NCBI RefSeq assembly: GCF_009914755.1
Contig: NC_060925.1
Origin: the human T2T-CHM13v2.0 reference genome, Homo sapiens
DNA: 64,000 nucleotides
Reading direction: 5' to 3' (one strand)
Below, piece after piece: positions 60,949-64,000 of this stretch; position 1 is the first letter of the stretch; each line of letters begins with the position of its first letter. The notes under the pieces are model-generated. The model had not been told where the DNA came from and searched no databases. It saw only the letters and a program-made list of their open reading frames with translations. A program made the position numbers and the translations under genes.

Positions 60949-61872
60949 TAGTAATTACACGGTAATAATCACAGTCTCTTGAGTACCTGCTATGTGCCAT
61001 ACATTCTCCCCAACTCTTTGAATGCATTCTCATTGGATATACAGAAGAGCCTTTGAAGAAGGTATTATACCTTCTGTTGATTTCAGCTTAGTGTCACCTC
61101 CTTTGGAAAAGCTTGCCTGACTCCTTAGTTCAGTATAGATTCCTGCATTTTTCCTTTATAGCAGTTAACAAAATATCATTTTAATGTACTTACTAGATTA
61201 ATATCTGTCTTCCCCACTTAACACTCTAAGTTCCATGAGGCTAATGACCCTCTCTGTTTTGGCCTGGGACGTTATACAAACCTAGTATTTGGCCGAATTA
61301 ATGGCAGAGGGTATATGCCTCGGATAGTCAACAGTGGGGATGTGATGAAAATGCAGGTTTGCTCGTGGTGCTTCGGAGATACTCTTTCTGCCGAACCGCA
61401 CCATCCACCTAGTTTCGGAGCATTCTGTGCAGAACAGCTTGACTTCTCTTTCCCCACATGCCATTTCCTACCTTATCTAAAAGCTTCAGTCTCCTGAGAG
61501 AGAAGCGTCTATCCCCAGAAATCCCTGCTTTGATCACTTTGATCCCAGAGGTTAAATGCTTTTACAACAGCCAGGTCTTTCTAACCTGCAAGCATTCATT
61601 CTTTCAGCGACATTTTTCAACTATGGGGAGCAGAAGGCTTTGGAATGACTTTTTGTAACATGTAAGAGAGTAGTCATAAAGAAACAATGAGAACCACATT
61701 ATAGACATGTCTCTGTCTATGCAGATAAGGTCCTAGAAACTCAGTATAATTGACTTGTTTGCTGCCACTGGCTTTTAAGGACCTAGCAGAGATATGAATG
61801 GAACCCCACACTGTAGGAATCCTAAAGCCCTTCCTTTATACTTTAATTTCAGAAAAGCACGCTGTCATAGGT

Positions 61873-61923
61873 ATTTTGTTTTTCTACCCTAATTTTGTTT
61901 TTCCACCCTAATTTTGTTTTTCC
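61873..61923 (+). repeat. 19-bp tandem repeat (attttgtttttcYacccta) x ~2.6
   Basis: Directly visible in the sequence. Confidence 0.85.
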
Positions 61924-63057
61924 CAGAAAAGACCTGGTCATCTTATATCATAATGGAATGTTTGGTATAAAGAGTATATTTGGATTATGAAGCATAATTA
62001 TAAAATTAACCTGTGTGGCCAGGCGTAGTGGCTCATTCCTCTAATCCCAGCACTTTGGGAGGCCAAGGCGAGTGGGTTGCTTGAACCCAGGAATTCCAGA
62101 CTGGCCTGGCCAACATAATAAGACCCTGTCTACAAAAAACAAAAGAATTAACTGGGTGTGTTGGTGCATGCCTATGATCCTAGCTACTCAGGAGGCTGGG
62201 GCAGGAGGATCAGTTGAACCTGGGAGGTCAAGGTTACAGTGAGCCATGATTGTGCCACTATACTCCAGCCTGGGCAACAGAGTGAGACCCTGTCTGAAAA
62301 AAAAAAAATTAACCTGTGTACTGCCCGATGCAAATAAAAACTTAGATTACCAATTCCTTGCATCTTCATGTTTTACTTTAATTCTTATTGTTTTATTTCA
62401 ATTATTTTAAGAACAGGATACTAGCTAAGTCCTTGTGAAATGTGGTTTATTATCAATTCTGTTACTCAGAGTCACAGTCTTTTTTAAGCTTAGAAGGGAT
62501 AACTTTAAAAAAAATAACAACTTTATTGAGATATAATTCACATACCATATAATTCACCTTCTTAAAATGCATAATTCAGTGGCTATCAATTCAGTATATT
62601 CAGAATTGTTCAACTGTCACCACTATTAATTTTAGAACATTTAGGACATTTTCATCACACTTCCCCCCAAATCCCTACTCATTAGCAGTCACTCCACTTC
62701 ATATTTATTTAAAATTCATTTCACATATAAAATATATATACATATATATTTTAATTTTTTAAAAAGTAATTCTTATGTGTTCCCATGGAGTGGAGTAGGA
62801 AACCTATCCCAAACCTCTCCCCTTCTTGCAAAAAATATTCTATATTCAAGTTTAGGAGAAAACAGAATACTTGCTAGCCCCACTGTCCTCAAGAACCTAG
62901 CAATGCATTAAGCTCACCTCCTCTCCTCTTCCAAGACCAAAAAAAAAAAAAAAAAAAGCCGGAAAGGAAGAGAACAAATTAAATTATTATTTACAGATGG
63001 TCATATAATTGTCAGTCTCAAAAATTCAAAACCTACAGAGTATTTTGGCTATAATAA

Positions 63058-63399
<342 letters not shown>

Positions 63400-64000
63400 T
63401 AAATCTTCTTATCAGTATTATCTACTTAGGAAATGTGATATAAATTTCCTAATAGCAATAACTGTAAAAAATAGGAAATATCCAGGAACAATGCAATTCG
63501 GAACATAAAAGTCATGGCAATGACTCATAGCTTCGAGTCGTTTATTCAGTGCCACTGCAATGAAAGCTATAAACCTACTCCCCAGAAAAATGTATGCAAA
63601 TACACAGAAACACTGTCACCCATGTGCATGGGTGCACACACATATACACACAACATTTTATGTAACATTTTTTCAGCTTTGTGGGAGTCTTGAAGCCCAT
63701 TTAAGAATTCAAGGACCACTGGTTAACAATCCCCATAGTTTCTTTTTTCGTTTTGAGACAGTTTCGTTCTGTCACCCAGGCTAGAGTGCAGTGGCATGAT
63801 CCTGGCTCACTGCAACCTTGACCTCCTGAGCTCAAGCAATCTTCCCGCCTCAGCCTCCTGAGTAGCTGGGACTACAATATAGTTTCTTTCTTATAGAAAA
63901 TTAGGAAACTTTATTAAAGATTTTGGGAAAAATATAGAGTGCCATACTATTTTCCTGATTGGAAAACTAAGTGTATTACAGATTTCAGTTATTTCTAAAT

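Overview
Human (or very close great-ape) genomic DNA from inside PATJ (INADL), the multi-PDZ tight-junction scaffold, transcribed on the + strand. Seven GT-AG coding exons (2122-2245, 11111-11282, 26442-26513, 28141-28318, 35231-35341, 41446-41523, 54241-54340) splice in one continuous frame. They encode the linker before a PDZ domain, the PDZ domain itself (PDZ6 by recall of the PATJ sequence) and a Pro-rich LPPPY linker. The introns are dense in repeats: roughly 45-50 Alus, a 5'-truncated L1PA3-like insertion with a 16-bp TSD, a complete MSTA-type MaLR provirus, solo THE1/MST/MLT1/MER61/MER21/LTR8-type LTRs, MER20/MER44/MER5A DNA-transposon remnants, and old L1M/L2/L3 fragments. Almost all ORF-track entries are repeat artefacts. 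The best unexplained signals are: (1) a well-formed, frame-preserving 30-nt candidate microexon at 53530-53559 (RSRKCLHSVK) just upstream of the PPxY exon; (2) a ~270-bp segment apparently copied from 1.1 kb downstream into a TA tract, with a 15-bp direct-repeat flank and two stacked fold-back palindromes at the junction, plus three smaller fold-back scars elsewhere; (3) sense THE1 LTRs that carry DUX4 motifs and splice donors upstream of phase-0 exons; (4) a CpG-retaining unique element with tandem TCF/LEF motifs and a TEAD motif. Repeat subfamily names come from recall of consensus sequences, not from a database search, and repeat boundaries without a TSD are approximate.
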